Source of the DNA: Octopus bimaculoides
Lineage: Eukaryota
Reading direction: 5' to 3'
DNA length: 64,000 bases
Assembly: GCF_001194135.2 (NCBI RefSeq)
Contig: NC_069004.1
Location: forward strand, 20,980,611-21,044,610
Every line of letters begins with the position of its first letter. Position 1 is the first letter of the stretch. Of this stretch, positions 38,207-51,322 are shown one piece after another. Made by a program: the position numbers and the translations under genes. The notes beneath the pieces were generated by a model. It was not told the DNA's origin and made no database searches. It saw only the letters and a program-made list of their open reading frames with translations.

Positions 38207-40239
38207 TGTTATAACTTTACACCTCCAATATCGTAGTATGGTTGATATTGTTGATGATAGATAAAGAATACAGTGTAACAGTATTATAACAATACAAAAT
38301 AGAAACAGCGGCAGTAACAAACATGTAACAAAATAACGTTCTTTTACAAACCAACAATCAATATTTCCAACACACTAACTTGAACTGTAAACTGTTACCT
38401 GGACTTCAGAGACCAAACTACAAACTGCTGACTACGCCAGACCTCTACTATTTATATGTAGTAAACCTATCTATTCTCGTCACAGGGTGTTGTTCTCTCA
38501 CCACAACATCTCCCCTTTTGAGATTTCGAGTTGCAAAGGAATAAAGAAATTTTATTTATTTATTTATTATTATTTTCTAGTATCTTTTTCACTTGGGCCT
38601 TATGTCAAGGTGTCCGGTCTGCTTCCGTTTTCTCATACTGGTTCTACGGGACTTCATTACTTTTAGTGTTGGGACATCAAATGCATCAAAAGATACTTCC
38701 ATAGGAATTTCTCTTCGTTCTTTGGTATGTCTCTTCTTTAGCTGATTTATGTGTCTCTTATGTTCCCAGTGTGGTCCTTTAATTAGATACATCATACTTC
38801 CTAGTTTTTTTGGTTACAAGTCCATCCTCCCAGCCTTCTTTACCATTTCTATAGGTTTTAAAATGCACTTTATCTCCTACTTCAAAATATTTCATTGCAT
38901 CTTTCATATTTTTGTTACATCTTTTTTACAGGCAATAACTTATCAAAAATCGATTTTATTCTTCTTGTAAACATCAACTCTGTGGGTGACTTTCCTGAAT
39001 TTGTACTTGGATTGGAGGTTACTTTATATACCTTTAATAATTTTGTTAGTGCTTTGTCGTTACTTAATTCATTCCTAGCCTATCTTAATACTCTTTAGAA
39101 TGTGTCCATGAATCTTTTTACCTACCCATTTGACCTCAAGTGGTAGGGTGGAATGAAAATATGCTTTATCATATGCATTTTACAGAAGTTCTTGAATTCA
39201 TACCTCTAGAATTGCGTTCCATTATCAGAAACTAACATGTCTGGAACACTGTAGCATGTAAACAATTCATATAAGAACTTTATAGTTGTCTTAGCACTTG
39301 GTCTATTGCTCCTGCATACCTCTGGCCACTTTGTACAGCTGTATACTGTGATTAGATAATAAGCGCTGTCCACCAGTACAGCAGAGTTGATATGTAACCT
39401 AGACCATGGGTTCTCAGTCTCTGGCTATGATGGATATTTTATTGGTGGCACTTTGGGCCGCAAACGCACAGCCTCAACTAGTTCTCACCACATTTTCGAT
39501 ATCCCAGTTCATCATCAGCCAATAGACATAGCTCATCAGAACTTTTATCTTTGACATTCCCGGATGTCTGTTGTGGAATTGCTGCAATACATGTCTTTAT
39601 AATGTAGTCAGTACTACAACTCTTTGTACATACATCAGAATATTGTCGCATATTGAGAGACTACTCAAATTTATATTTTTATTCTGCTTTCAGGTTTACA
39701 TTTTTTAACATTCTTCTGCAATGGTCTGAAGGGTTAAGTCTTGGTTCACTTGCTCCATTTTTGAGAGAATCCTTGCCCAAATTTCTCTATCTTTGGTTGC
39801 CGTAAGGCCTTGTACGAAGATAAGAGATTTAAACATATCCTGAGTGAGTTTCTGAAGTTTCTCTTGAAGGTGTATTACTGCAGGTTCTCCATAATTTTAC
39901 AATTTGTATGATGCACAAATTGTCAAATAACCTACATGAGATTCGAAAAATCCTCATCACCAGATGTTATATCCTTATGCCTCCAATATCGTAGTATAGT
40001 TGATATCATCAACAATAGATATAGAATATACTGTAACAGTGTTATAACAATACAAAATAGAAACAGTGGCAATAACAAACATGTAACGAACCAACAATCA
40101 ATATTTCCAACACACTAACTCAAACTGTAAACTGTACCTGGACTTCAAAGACCAAACTACAAACTGCCCATCAGACCACTACTGTTTAAATGTAGTGGTT
40201 CCATCTATTCTTATCAGAGGGTGTCGTACTCTCACCACA
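38207..40239 (-). mobile_element. Ty3/Gypsy LTR retrotransposon, internally deleted, retaining decayed integrase
   Basis: LTRs 38207-38508 and 39965-40239 (TG...CA). PPT: TCTCCCCTTTT on + at 38509-38519. PBS-like TGGTGATGAGGAT on - at 39950-39962. 5-bp TSD AGGAA. Integrase motifs RHVLQQFHNRHPGMS and ENPWSRLHI..KWPEV. Confidence 0.92.
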
Positions 40240-40869
40240 AGGAAGAAGACAGAAATGAAAACACAGGAGAGATAACCAACTTTACAATAAACAAAAGTCA
40301 AAAGGATGCAAGCAAAATATTAATGGTTTACAATGAGTCCAGAGGCCTATTTTTAAATTCCACCTTAATGTATTTCTTAAAATGCAGACATAAAGAAAAA
40401 GTCCTGTTCTTGGAATTTACTTAGTCATTGGAGGCCCTCAAGTTCTTTAAGAGATATAGTTTTTCAAAAGAACATACTGAACATCTTTTTGACCCACCCA
40501 CTCTGCTGGATGGTTGGTGTTAGGAAGGGCATCCAGCTGTAAAAATCTTGCTAAAACAGTCACGGAAGTCTAGTGGAAGCTTCTGCCTGGTCAGCTTCTG
40601 TCAAACTGTCCCACGGATGCCAGCATGGAAGGCGGATGATAAATGATGATAATATAGGGTTTGGTTCTGAAAAGATGTCACAGTTGGTCCCTTTGTCTTT
40701 AAGCTTCCAGATTAAAGTTGTGTGAAGTTATGATTACCAGGAAGTGGTGGATGGAATCAACTTCTCTCTTCCTACTTTTGCTTTCCTTCATCTTCAAAAA
40801 TTACCTGTCTCTTAATTAATTCTGTATACGACACCCACTCATAATCTTTAATTTTAATCTTAATGCATT

Positions 40870-41586
40870 GGACAAAATGTTTAGTGGATTTTCTTATGAC
40901 ACTTTATGTTCTTTGCTCAAATATCACTGAGTTCAACTTTGCCTTTCATCCTTTTGCAGTCAATAGAATAAGTACCATTTGATGTAATCAACTTTCCCTG
41001 CTCCTAAAAATTGCCGGTCTTCTGCCAAAATTAGAAAGAAGGTTTGACAAGGATCTGATGGATCCTTCCCCCAGGGCTAGTTTTGGCGTGGTTTCTACAG
41101 TTAGATGCCCTTCCTAATATCAACTACTTTACAGTGTGCACTAGGTGCCTTTTTTCATGCCCTGCTGAGGTCAACTTTGTCTTTTAAGCTTTGTAGGAGG
41201 GATCAATAAAGTACCTGTCAAGTACTGGGGTAGATGTAGTTGACTATACTCCGACTCCTCAAAGTTGCCAGCCTTGTGCTAAAATTAGAAAGAATTATTA
41301 TTATTATCAATATTACTATTACTGTGGGGACGCATGGCCTAGCAGTTAGAGTGTTGCACTCATGATCACAAGATCATGGTTTCAATTCCTAATCAGGGTG
41401 GTGTATTGTGTGCTTGAAAAATACATTTCAAGTCACTGACACCTGACGCATGGTACACCTTGCATCTGTTTAGGCAATGTTGATTTGAGGGAGTGAGCTA
41501 ATGTACAGCACATACATTTGATCGCTAGAAACAAACCATTTGTGCAGGTCTTTCGGCAAAAGCTGAACACTCATTTGTCTTCTTCA

Positions 41587-41625
<39 letters not shown>

Positions 41626-41830
41626 GGGTGACAAGCTGGCAGTAACATTAGCATGCCTGACAAACTGCTTAGTGGCATTTCATCCATCCTCACATTCTGA
41701 GTTCAAATTCTGCAGAGGTCAACTTTGCCTTTTATCCTTTTGGGGGTCAATAAATTATATACCAGTGAAACACTGGGGCCAGTGTAATCAACTAGGCCCC
41801 CTCCCTTATGCCTATAGTAGAAAGGATAAT
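40870..41830 (+). mobile_element. SINE cluster (family B fragments plus a family D copy at ~41325-41600) separated by (ATT)n
   Basis: Family B core GTCAACTTTGCCTTT(C)ATCC. Family D tRNA-like head GGACGCATGGCCTAGCAGTTAGAG..GGTTTCAATTCC. Confidence 0.75.
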
Positions 41831-41834
41831 AATA

Positions 41835-41891
<57 letters not shown>

Positions 41892-42097
41892 TTCTTTGAT
41901 AGTTCATGTGACTCTGTATTGCACCACCTGGTGACCTCCATGTTCCTGACATGTGTGAAGCATTGTATGTCATTTTTGTTGAAGGTACTGTATCAGTTTG
42001 TTATGTTATGGGGTTTAACCTGCTGTTTCTTGTTTGTTCAATTATGTGTAGTATGTGAATTGTGTCATTTTATTGGGTATTAATCTTACAGAGTATA

Positions 42098-43616
42098 CAG
42101 TACTGTGCAAAAGTCTTCGGTCACTTCAAACTGTTGTAAATTTCTATTAATTGCCAACTTATAAGCAGATGTTTTGTATTGAGTTTTTACAGACGAAACA
42201 TTGTCCCTGTAGGAGCCATTTCCATACCTAATTGTTATATTTTGTAGTAGGGGTTCTGAATGAGAGACGACCACCAAAAGTGGTTATGCAAAAGTTTTCA
42301 GCCACCTCACATAAACTAATCAAGATACATTGTTTTAAAACAGAAAAATGTCTATAATGCAAATTTATTACATATTCATTTCAAGAAGTTACTGTACATT
42401 GTTCATATTTCGTGTGGATTCCCATAGCTTGAATAATTGCTTCAATGAGCAGGGAAGAGATGTGTATAAATCCTTCACCATCTTCACAGGTATGAGATAC
42501 CATTCTCTGTGGCAGAGCTCCCACAACTCTTCAAAATTGCATGGATTCTTCTCTTTAGTTCTGTCCACATTTACTCAATGATATTTAAGTCAGGGCTCTG
42601 TGCTGGTCAATCTTTCAATACGGTAACACCTTCATTAGTCAGACTGTTGTGTTGCATGCAATCTGTGGCATGGAGCTCCATTATACTGAAAAATCTCACC
42701 TTCACCCAAGTCTGGTGTCAAATTGTCCTTCAGCTGCATGTATTTGGTACTATTCAAGTTACCGCCAATTTTAACCAACTTTCTTGAACCATCACTTTTT
42801 ACATATCCCCAAAGCATCAGACTCCTACCCGCCAAATTTCACCATTTTCATCGTGTAACATGAGTCGTTTAGCTTTCTAATAAGCAAGAATTTGTCAAAA
42901 GGCCTCCAGGAAAGTGAAAACAGTGAAACTTGTGATGGTTCAAGAAAGTTAACTAGAATTGACAGTAACTTGAATAGCACCAAACACATCCGATTGCTGA
43001 AGGACAATTTGATACCAGACTTGGATGAAGATGAAATTTTTTCAGCATGACAAAGCTCCATGCCACAGATAGAGTACAACACAACAGAGTCTGGATGATG
43101 AAGGTGTTACCATTTTGAAAGACTGGCCAGTTCAGAGCCTTGACATAAATATCATTGAGCAAATGTGGACAGAACTAAAGAGAAGAGTTTGTCAGAAGAA
43201 TCTATGCAATCTTGAAGAGTTGTGGGAGTTCAGCCACAGAGAATGGTATCCCATACCTATGAAGATGGTGAAGGATTTGTACACATCTCTTCCCAGGTGC
43301 ACTGGAGCAATTTTCAAGCTATGGGAAGCCACACAAAATATTAAAAATGTACAGTAACTTCTTGAAATATTAATAATGTACAGTAACTTTAAGTAATAAA
43401 TTTTCATTATAGACATTGTTGCAAAGCCATTTTTGGTGGTCGTCTCGCATCTTCCTCTTTCATCCAGAACCCCTACTACAAAATATAATGATTAGGTACA
43501 GAAATGACTCCAACAGAGCCAATGTTTCATCTGTAAAAAACACAACATGACACATTATGGCAATTAGTAGAAATTTAAAATGGTTTAAAGTGACCAAAGA
43601 CTTTTGCACGGTACTG
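42098..43616. mobile_element. Fold-back Tc1-like element made of two 3' halves joined head-to-head
   Basis: TA|CAGTACTGTGCAAAAGTC ... GACTTTTGCACGGTACTG|TA. Transposase C-terminal fragments on - (42635-42835) and + (43115-43357, WPVQSLDINIIEQMW). Confidence 0.88.
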
Positions 43617-44439
43617 TATGTTGCATAAGTTGTGCTGTTTATTTAGTAAATGCTTCTTGTAGAGAGTGTGTGCTCTGTGTGAAGATTGTTCTAAGGAAGA
43701 TGTGGGCTGCTCCAAGTAGTACTATTTTTGGACAGTATGTAATACTGTGAGCCCTGGTATGGATTCTATGTTTTTGTTGTATCAGTTTAGCTTAATGGTA
43801 AAGCACTCTGCTGGTATCTTGGGGGACGTGGGTGAGCTGGCAGAATCATTTGCATGCAGGGTAAAAGGTTTAGCAATGTGTCATCCATCTTCACTTTTCA
43901 AGTTCAAATTCCATCAAGGTCAACTTTGTCTACCATCCTTCTCGGGTCGATATAATCAGTACTAGTTGAACACAAGGGTTGATGTAATTGACTAATCTCC
44001 TCCCCAAATTTGCTGCCCTTGTGGCAAAATTTGAAATCATTAACATTATTATTATTATTATTAGGCTCTCATAGTGTGAAGATTTCACTTTTGTTTCTCA
44101 CTTTGGAATAATCTTTTCAAGTATTACCAAGTGAAATTTTCTTTGGAGTACTTGTACAAAGAACTATAATGACCTAAAAAAGAAGGCTTATCCTTAATAC
44201 TCAGGTTGTGGGGTGGTAAGCATATAAATATGGTTTGTTTCACACACTTTACAAATTTTATTTCTATACCTTACATTTTCACATCCAAATTGGCTACCAC
44301 ATAAAATTATGCTAAACACTACAATAGAAAAAGAAGGAAAATAAATCAGAAAATCAAAACACAACTGAATGTACAAGAGGATGATGAAAATGAACACATA
44401 GAAATAAATAATGAACAGAAGAAAATACTCATTTCCTTG

Positions 44440-44900
44440 CAACTGAAACTAATCCTGAACAAGATAAAAAGAAAAATGTATACCCCTGCTTACAAATGGA
44501 TGAAAGTGATTTAAATGTTCCTTCATTCCAAATAACAGTACAACAGGCTCTTCAGGATATATCAGGAGAAATTCTCTCAATTGAAAAAAGGCAAAAGCTA
44601 TGGCATTATCCTCTGTACCTTCAAAACCATAAATGCAGCCAAACCACAAACTGAAATTGTAAGGCATATATCTAACTATACATTTGCGCTCCAGCACATG
44701 AGTCAAAGAAATACAAGAGCAACAATTAGAGACATCAGAAATGACACCAATCCATAGCTAGTCATCAATTTTGTATCGGAGAATGGACGAGTGGTCAAGG
44801 CAGGGTTAACAAAAGTTGACTTGTGGTTAGGGAACATCCAAATGGATTTTACTAGTTTTAATGACATGTGAAGGCCACAGAGGCATGCTAAGTGTACCTA
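44440..44900 (+). mobile_element. Possible decayed ORF1 (gag-like) fragment of an I/Jockey-type LINE
   Basis: LNVPSFQITVQQALQDISGEILSIEK loosely resembles ORF1 N-terminal motifs. By eye only. Confidence 0.25.
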
Positions 44901-45258
44901 AAAGATGATGCTGAGACAAAAAGTACAAAATTAATGGTACAAGGCAGAAAGCACAATTGCTACAATTGTTAAAGTAAAACACACTTTAGAGCCAAATCTG
45001 CAGAAGAGCTGGGAAAATTAAGCAAAAACAAAAATAATGGAGATCAACAGCAACAACAGCAAATCCATTTCCAGAGCACCACCAACCAAAATTCTAAGGG
45101 TGGCAAGTGAAGTACTTTTCAGCCTAGTGTCAGAAATAGATGAGCAAACACCTCATCTCATAGCAGTACCAACCTGTAGTACCACACTTTCGTCATGCAA
45201 TGTGGAAGACGAATTACAAATGAAAATTACCAAAATTGTAAATAAAAAATACAGGCAC

Positions 45259-45430
45259 AGGCGTGGCTGTGTGGTGAGAAGCATGCTTCCCAACCACATG
45301 GTTCCAGGTTCAGTCCCACCATGAAGCACCTTGGGCAAGTGTCTTCTACTATAGCCTTGGTCTGACCAAAGCCTTGTGAGTGGATTTAGTAGACGGAAAC
45401 TAAAAGAAGCCTGTCGTATATATATATGTA
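45259..45430 (+). mobile_element. SINE family A 5' half
   Basis: GGCGTGGCTGTGTGGTGAG...GGTTCAGTCCC...ACCTTGGGCAAG. Confidence 0.85.
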
Positions 45431-45444
45431 TATATATCTATATA

Positions 45445-47205
45445 TCATCATCATCATCGTTTAATGTCCGCTTTCCATGCTAGCATGGGTTGGACGATTT
45501 GACTGAGGACTGGCGTACCAGATAGCTACACCAGGCTCCAATCTGATTTGGCAGAGTTTCTACAGCTGGATGCCCTTCCTAATGTCAACCACTCCGAGAG
45601 TGTAGTGGGTGCTTTTACATGCCACCGACACGACGGCCAGTCAGGCGGTACTGGTAATGGCCACGCTCAAAATGGTGTATTTTACGTGCCACCTGCACAG
45701 GAGCCAGTCCAGCTGCACTGATAATGACCTCGCTTGAATGTCTTTTCACGTGCCAGTACAGCGACGCTGGTAACAATCACGCCCAAAAGGTGCTATTTAC
45801 GTGCCACTGGCACGGAAGCCAGACAGCTGCTCTGGCAACGATCACGCTCAGATGGTACTCTAAGCACTCCACAGGTACAGGTGCCATTACAATTTCGCTT
45901 TCACTTGCCCCAACAGGTCTTTGCAAGCCAAGTTTAGTGTCCAATGAAGAAGAGGTTGGCATGGGTGCCAGTCGTCGAATTTGGTTCGATTTCGATTCCA
46001 CTTGTCTCAACAGGTCTTTGCAAGCAGAGTTTAGTGTCCAATGAAGGAAAGGAACACATAAGTGGGCTGGTTACTCCCCTGGCAGAGGCCTCGGATTATG
46101 GTCTCACTTGGCTTGCCAGGTCTTCTCAGGCACAGCATGTTTCCAAAGGGCTCGGTCAGAAGTCATTGCCTCGGTGCGGCCTAATGTTTGAAGGTTGTGC
46201 TTTATCACCTCATCGCAGGTCTTCCTGGGTCTACCTCTTCCACGGGTTCCCTCAACCACTAGGGTGTGGCACTTTTGCACACAGCTATCCTCATCCATTC
46301 TTGCCACATGACCATACCAGCGCAATCGTCTCTCTTGCACACCGCAACTGATGCTTCTTAAGTTCAACTTTTCTCTCAAGGTAGTTACACTCTGTTGAGT
46401 ATGCACACTGACATTGCACATGCATCGGAGCATACTAGCTTCATTCCTTGCGAGCTTACACATGTCCTCAGCAGTCATGGCCCATGTTTCACTGCCATGT
46501 AGCATGGCTGTTCATACACATGCATCATACAGTCTGCCTTTTACTCTGAGTGAGAGGCCCTTTGTCACCAGCAGNNNNNNNNNNNNNNNNNNNNNNNNNN
46601 NNNNNNNNNNNNNNNNNNNNNNNNNNNNNNNNNNNNNNNNNNNNNNNNNNNNNNNNNNNNNNNNNNNNNNNNNNNNNNNNNNNNNNNNNNNNNNNNNNNN
46701 NNNNNNNNNNNNNNNNNNNNNNNNNNNNNNNNNNNNNNNNNNNNNNNNNNNNNNNNNNNNNNNNNNNNNNNNNNNNNNNNNNNNNNNNNNNNNNNNNNNN
46801 NNNNNNNNNNNNNNNNNNNNNNNNNNNNNNNNNNNNNNNNNNNNNNNNNNNNNNNNNNNNNNNNNNNNNNNNNNNNNNNNNNNNNGGTCATCAGCATAGA
46901 GGAGCTCCCAGGGGCATCCTGTCTTGAATTCCTCTGTTATTGCCTGGAGGACTATGATAAATAGGAGGGGGCTGAAGACTGAACCTTGGTGGACCCCTAC
47001 CTCTACCCGGAATTCTTCACTGTACTCATTGCCAACCCTCACCTTACTGACAGCGTCTCTGTACATGGTTCTCACAGCTCTCACTAACCATTCTTCTATC
47101 CCTAGTTTCCTCATTGACTACCAGATAAGGGATCGGCGGACCATGTCAAAGGCTTTCTCCATGTCAACGAAAGCCAGGTACAGATGTTTATCTTTGGCTA
47201 GGTGA
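45445..47205 (-). mobile_element. 5'-truncated RTE LINE with long 3' UTR and (GAT)n tail, interrupted by a gap
   Basis: GVHQGSVFSPLLFIIVL..LLYADD, MLHGSETW, RRLRWYGHVARM, GRGRPRKT. Confidence 0.95.
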
Positions 47206-47911
47206 ATATGATGGGTTTAGTTCACTTGTGATCTAAATGGATAGGTATGCTGGGTGAGTGCTATAGTTGGTCAACCGTTAGGTTCCAAGATCACAACTAA
47301 GGCTGGATCTAGGGATCCGTGTTAGGGTTCCGTTATAGAAGGTATCTATACTATAATGAAGAAAGCTGCTTATTAATTAAGTATGTAACAATTACCAAAA
47401 GTATTAAAAGAAAGCAATTATCAAAGGGTTGACCATCTGGAAATATTTTTATAAATTCATGTTCTAAGAAATTTCCTATAATTTTGATTTCTTAGGTTTA
47501 TTGAATTTTTTTAACTCCAATTTGTTGCAAATTTAATTATTCATTGCATCCAATTCATCACAAATTTAAATATTCATTGCATTCACTGCAGAGTATTCCA
47601 TTTTCATTTGTAAAGTCTCTCATTTTCTCTTTTAAGTTTGAATTCGTTATTAATGTATATGTAATGTAAAAACATTATTTATTGGATGAAAATCCTTTTA
47701 AAATACCTGTAAGAAGAGAGCCTAGAAAGTTGGGTAACTATTGTCAGAAGACGAGGAGAAAAAAAGCAAAAAGTCACCAACAAGTACTTGAAACATGCAC
47801 CTTATTCAGTTTCCAAACACAATTTCAACAGTGACACACACACACACACACACACAATACACACTCATGCACACACATAGATACACATATACACAAATGA
47901 AAGGCAATGAA

Positions 47912-47944
<33 letters not shown>

Positions 47945-49453
47945 ACTGACAAAACTACGTGCTGCATCACTTTTGTGAAGTTTTGTCAGCGAACAGGTCG
48001 CTGTTTCAAAGCGACAAAAATATTTTGACACAAATGAAATTTTAATGTTGAAGTGAAACTAACAGTATTTGTGTATTCTTGAATGGTTTACAAACATCTT
48101 CCATGCTGCAATTGTTTTTGTTTCAGCACATGATCTCAGATCAAGTCACTTGCTATGCAAGTACATCTCAGTAATTTTTTTAAATCACTGTGAATAAACG
48201 CCAGCAATGGCCTTCTCAGGCTCTCCAATATTTATAATTTCTAAACAGAAACAATTGCGAGCTGGGAGTAGGGTTGTAAAAAATTCATAATTTCTCAAAT
48301 TTCCTTTTATATAGCATATAAATATATTTATGGGGAAAAAATATTGACAAACATCAATACAAGCGAGAGTGATAAAGGAATGAGGAGGGTTGTCATTGGA
48401 TATGCTAGAAACAATAGCCAAATCGCCCTTAAATCATTTTTCCCTCTGAAAATATTAACAATTAAAAAAAAAAAAATTACTGGAAATGCATGGTTTTGAA
48501 GTGCAAAAAAACATTGGCCAAAATAGGTCCGGAGTGTGATGATGAGGAAGGTGGGGTGTAAAAAAAGAGTTTTCAAAACGTTTTTCATATAAAGAAGCCC
48601 CTGCCACAAGCCCATCATTTTGTAGGCTGTGGTTTAAAAAAATGGGGAAAATCCAGGGAAAAAATTTCCCCAGAAATTTCTTTATAATCATAATCTATGC
48701 TGTTTGAAAGGGATTTGTATAAATTTTCATTGAAAGATACCCATTTTCCTGAAAGTTATGAGGAGAAAAAGTCAGATTGTGTGAATTTTCTGAAACTCCT
48801 CTCTCCACCCCATCGCAAAAATTATTCCCCATAAATCCCTATATACTCTGAAGCCACAAAATCTAAGCAGTATTTGTAGAAAATTTTGTTAAAAAGTATC
48901 CATTTTTCTGGATGTTATGAGGCAACATTGTTGGGGGCATATACATCTGTAGTAATGCCTTTTATTTGTACGATTTTTTTAATTTCATGTTTATTTCATT
49001 CATTGTTTGCAATGTTCTCTCTCACACACACTGCAAAGCTTACAGATGGATTGCTGAATTTTAATCTCTATGTGGACGTTAAACGATGATGATGATGATG
49101 ATGATGATGTTGTTTTGAGGTACAACTTGACAAATTGCTTCTCTCTCTGTTGTTGGACTACTATGGTGTTTGTTTCAAAAAGAGAGATTATGACTGTCAT
49201 AAAATAATGAAAGCAATACTTACTAAGCAAGTGAGCAGTGAGCACTATTATACATAGAAATGATTAGATGTGAAATATAAAAATTATTAGAACTGGGAAT
49301 CAAATGTGAATATATTATCAAGGGTCTAGCATAAAACCGCCCAGAGGGCAGTCTTTCTGCTAGTATATTATATTAGAGGAAAAATCAAAACCAAGACAGA
49401 ATGAGTATCTCAAGTCATTTAGAATAATTTAATTAGGGTAAGGTGAATTTGAA

Positions 49454-49529
49454 GTCTTACAGCCGTTTCTGGAATAACCCAAGTGGTAAGTTAGCATGTC
49501 CATTCACTGGGTGTTCCGTCATCAGAGAC
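49454..49529 (-). ncRNA. Minimal type-I hammerhead ribozyme motif
   Basis: GUCU-CUGAUGA-CGGAA CACCCAGUG...CACUUGGGU UA UUCCA-GAAA-C GGCU G-UA-AGAC. Helix I 4 bp, long helix II with a C.A mismatch at the core-proximal pair, 2-bp helix III with a quasi-palindromic loop, GUA site. Confidence 0.72.
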
Positions 49530-49836
49530 GAGGTATGAATATTTTAGACAGGGAAAAATTTTCAGTTTACAAAAAATAAAGAGTAAAAGTAGCTAAAAGA
49601 ATATAGCAGAAGAATTTTCACAACTCATCTTTTTGCAAAGGATATGGAAGTTGGTTGGCACATCCAGTCAGTATTTTGAATGATGTATTCATAATGTAAA
49701 TGTGTATATAGAGCAAGAAAGTATGAGGGATATAAATGGGTTTTGTGAGTGGGTGTATAAGAGAGAGAGAGAGAAGAGAAAGAGAGACAGGAGAAAGGAA
49801 TAAAAAATACATATATGCACATAAACATACATAAAA

Positions 49837-50067
49837 GGCGGCGAGCTGGCAGAAACGTTAGCACGCCAGGCGAAAGCCTTAGCGGTATTTCGTCTGCCGC
49901 TACGTTCTGAGTTCAAATTCTGCCGAGGTGGACTTTGCCTTTCATCCTTTCGGGGTCGATTAAATAAGTACCAGTTACGCACTGGGGTCGATATAATTGA
50001 CTTAATCTGTTTGTCTGTCTTTGTTTGTCCCCTCTGTGTGTAGCTCCTTGTGGGTAGTAAAGAAATA
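49837..50067 (+). mobile_element. Young SINE family B with target-site duplication
   Basis: GGCGGCGAGCTGGCAGAAACGTTAGC...GAGTTCAAATTC...GTAAAGAAATA. GCACATAAACATACATA occurs at 49817-49833 and 50068-50084. CpGs retained. Confidence 0.92.
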
Positions 50068-51099
50068 GCACATAAACATACATATAAAGCACACACATAT
50101 ACATACATTTGTATGTATGTGTGTGCTTTATATGAAACCTCATGTGTGTATATGTAAGTATGTATATATGTGTATGTATATGTATGCATATATGTGTGTG
50201 TGTACACTCTCTTCTTTTTTTCCCTACCTCTCTCTCTCAACATAAATATCTTAGAAACTTGCTGATTTCAACTAAATAACTTTTGTTTTTGTAGTTTTTT
50301 AGATTTTAGTGTTCTTAGTTTGTAATTTTAAATTTAGGCTTTAATTTCTGATTTTGAGATTTAATTTTAATTCTTAATCCTTTATCTCATATCATCTAAT
50401 TGCTATTAAGCTTGAAATACAATTTTAAATATCTACACTAAACTATTGTCCTTATAATCTTACCTAGATTGGCTTACTGAAACTTTAGCGTTTGACCTCT
50501 AACCCCAATACAATACTGACATATCTTCATTACCTTTACTTTTATTTATTATTCTTATTCTTATTTTTTTTACCCTGTTACCTGTAATTTTATTTTTATT
50601 CCCTTTCTCTTCTGTTTCTCCTCTCTCCCATACTCACTCACTCACAAAACCCATTTATTATATATCTATCATTACCTTTACTTTTATTTTAATCATTTTT
50701 ATTATTATCATTTATATTTTTATTTCATTCTTATTTTTTACCCTTTTACCACTATCTTATTTTTATTCCTTTCTCCTTCCTCTTTCTCCCCTCTCTCTCT
50801 CAAAAAATCCATTTATGTCCATCATACTTTCTCACTCTATATACACATTTACAATATGAATACATCATTCAAAATACTGCCTGAATTTACCTGGGATTTT
50901 AAGTAAAGACCTGTACCTTCATGGAAGTACTGACCAACATCCATATCCTCTGGAAAAAGATGAGTTGTGAACATTCTTCTCCTGCCTATATTCTTCTAAA
51001 TTACTTTTACTCCTTATTCTTTTATTTTATTTCTTATAAACTGTTAATTTTATTCCTTGTAAACTGTAAACTTTTCCCTGTCTAAAATATTCATACCTT

Positions 51100-51175
51100 G
51101 TCTCAGATGACGGAATACCCAGTGCACGGGCATGCTAACCTACCACTTGTGTTACCCCAGAAATGGCTGTAAGAC
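51100..51175 (+). ncRNA. Hammerhead motif copy with mutated core (CAGAUGA), probably inactive
   Basis: GTCT-CAGATGA-CGGAATACCCAGTG...CCCA-GAAA-TGGCTG-TA-AGAC, homologous to 49454-49529. Confidence 0.6.
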
Positions 51176-51261
51176 TTCAAATTCACCTTACCCTAATTAA
51201 AATTATTCTAAATGACATGAGATACTTGTTCTGCCTTGGTTTTGATTTTTCCTCTAATATA

Positions 51262-51269
<8 letters not shown>

Positions 51270-51322
<53 letters not shown>

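Larger units (their letters stand above)
49367..51262. mobile_element. Non-coding fold-back element (probably Penelope pLTR-derived) with ~450-500-bp inverted arms, each carrying a hammerhead motif
   Basis: 49367-49815 is the diverged reverse complement of ~50750-51262. No RT or endonuclease ORF inside. Confidence 0.8.

Noticed and set aside
44449-44706. Minus-strand ORF with faint PI-PLC X-domain-like wording (REFLLIYPEEPVVLLF)
   Set aside because: Too short and weak, with no supporting exons; the opposite strand is as plausibly a decayed LINE ORF1.
48050-48880. AT-rich stretch resembling DNA-transposon subterminal sequence
   Set aside because: Could not identify TIRs, a TSD or coding motifs by eye.
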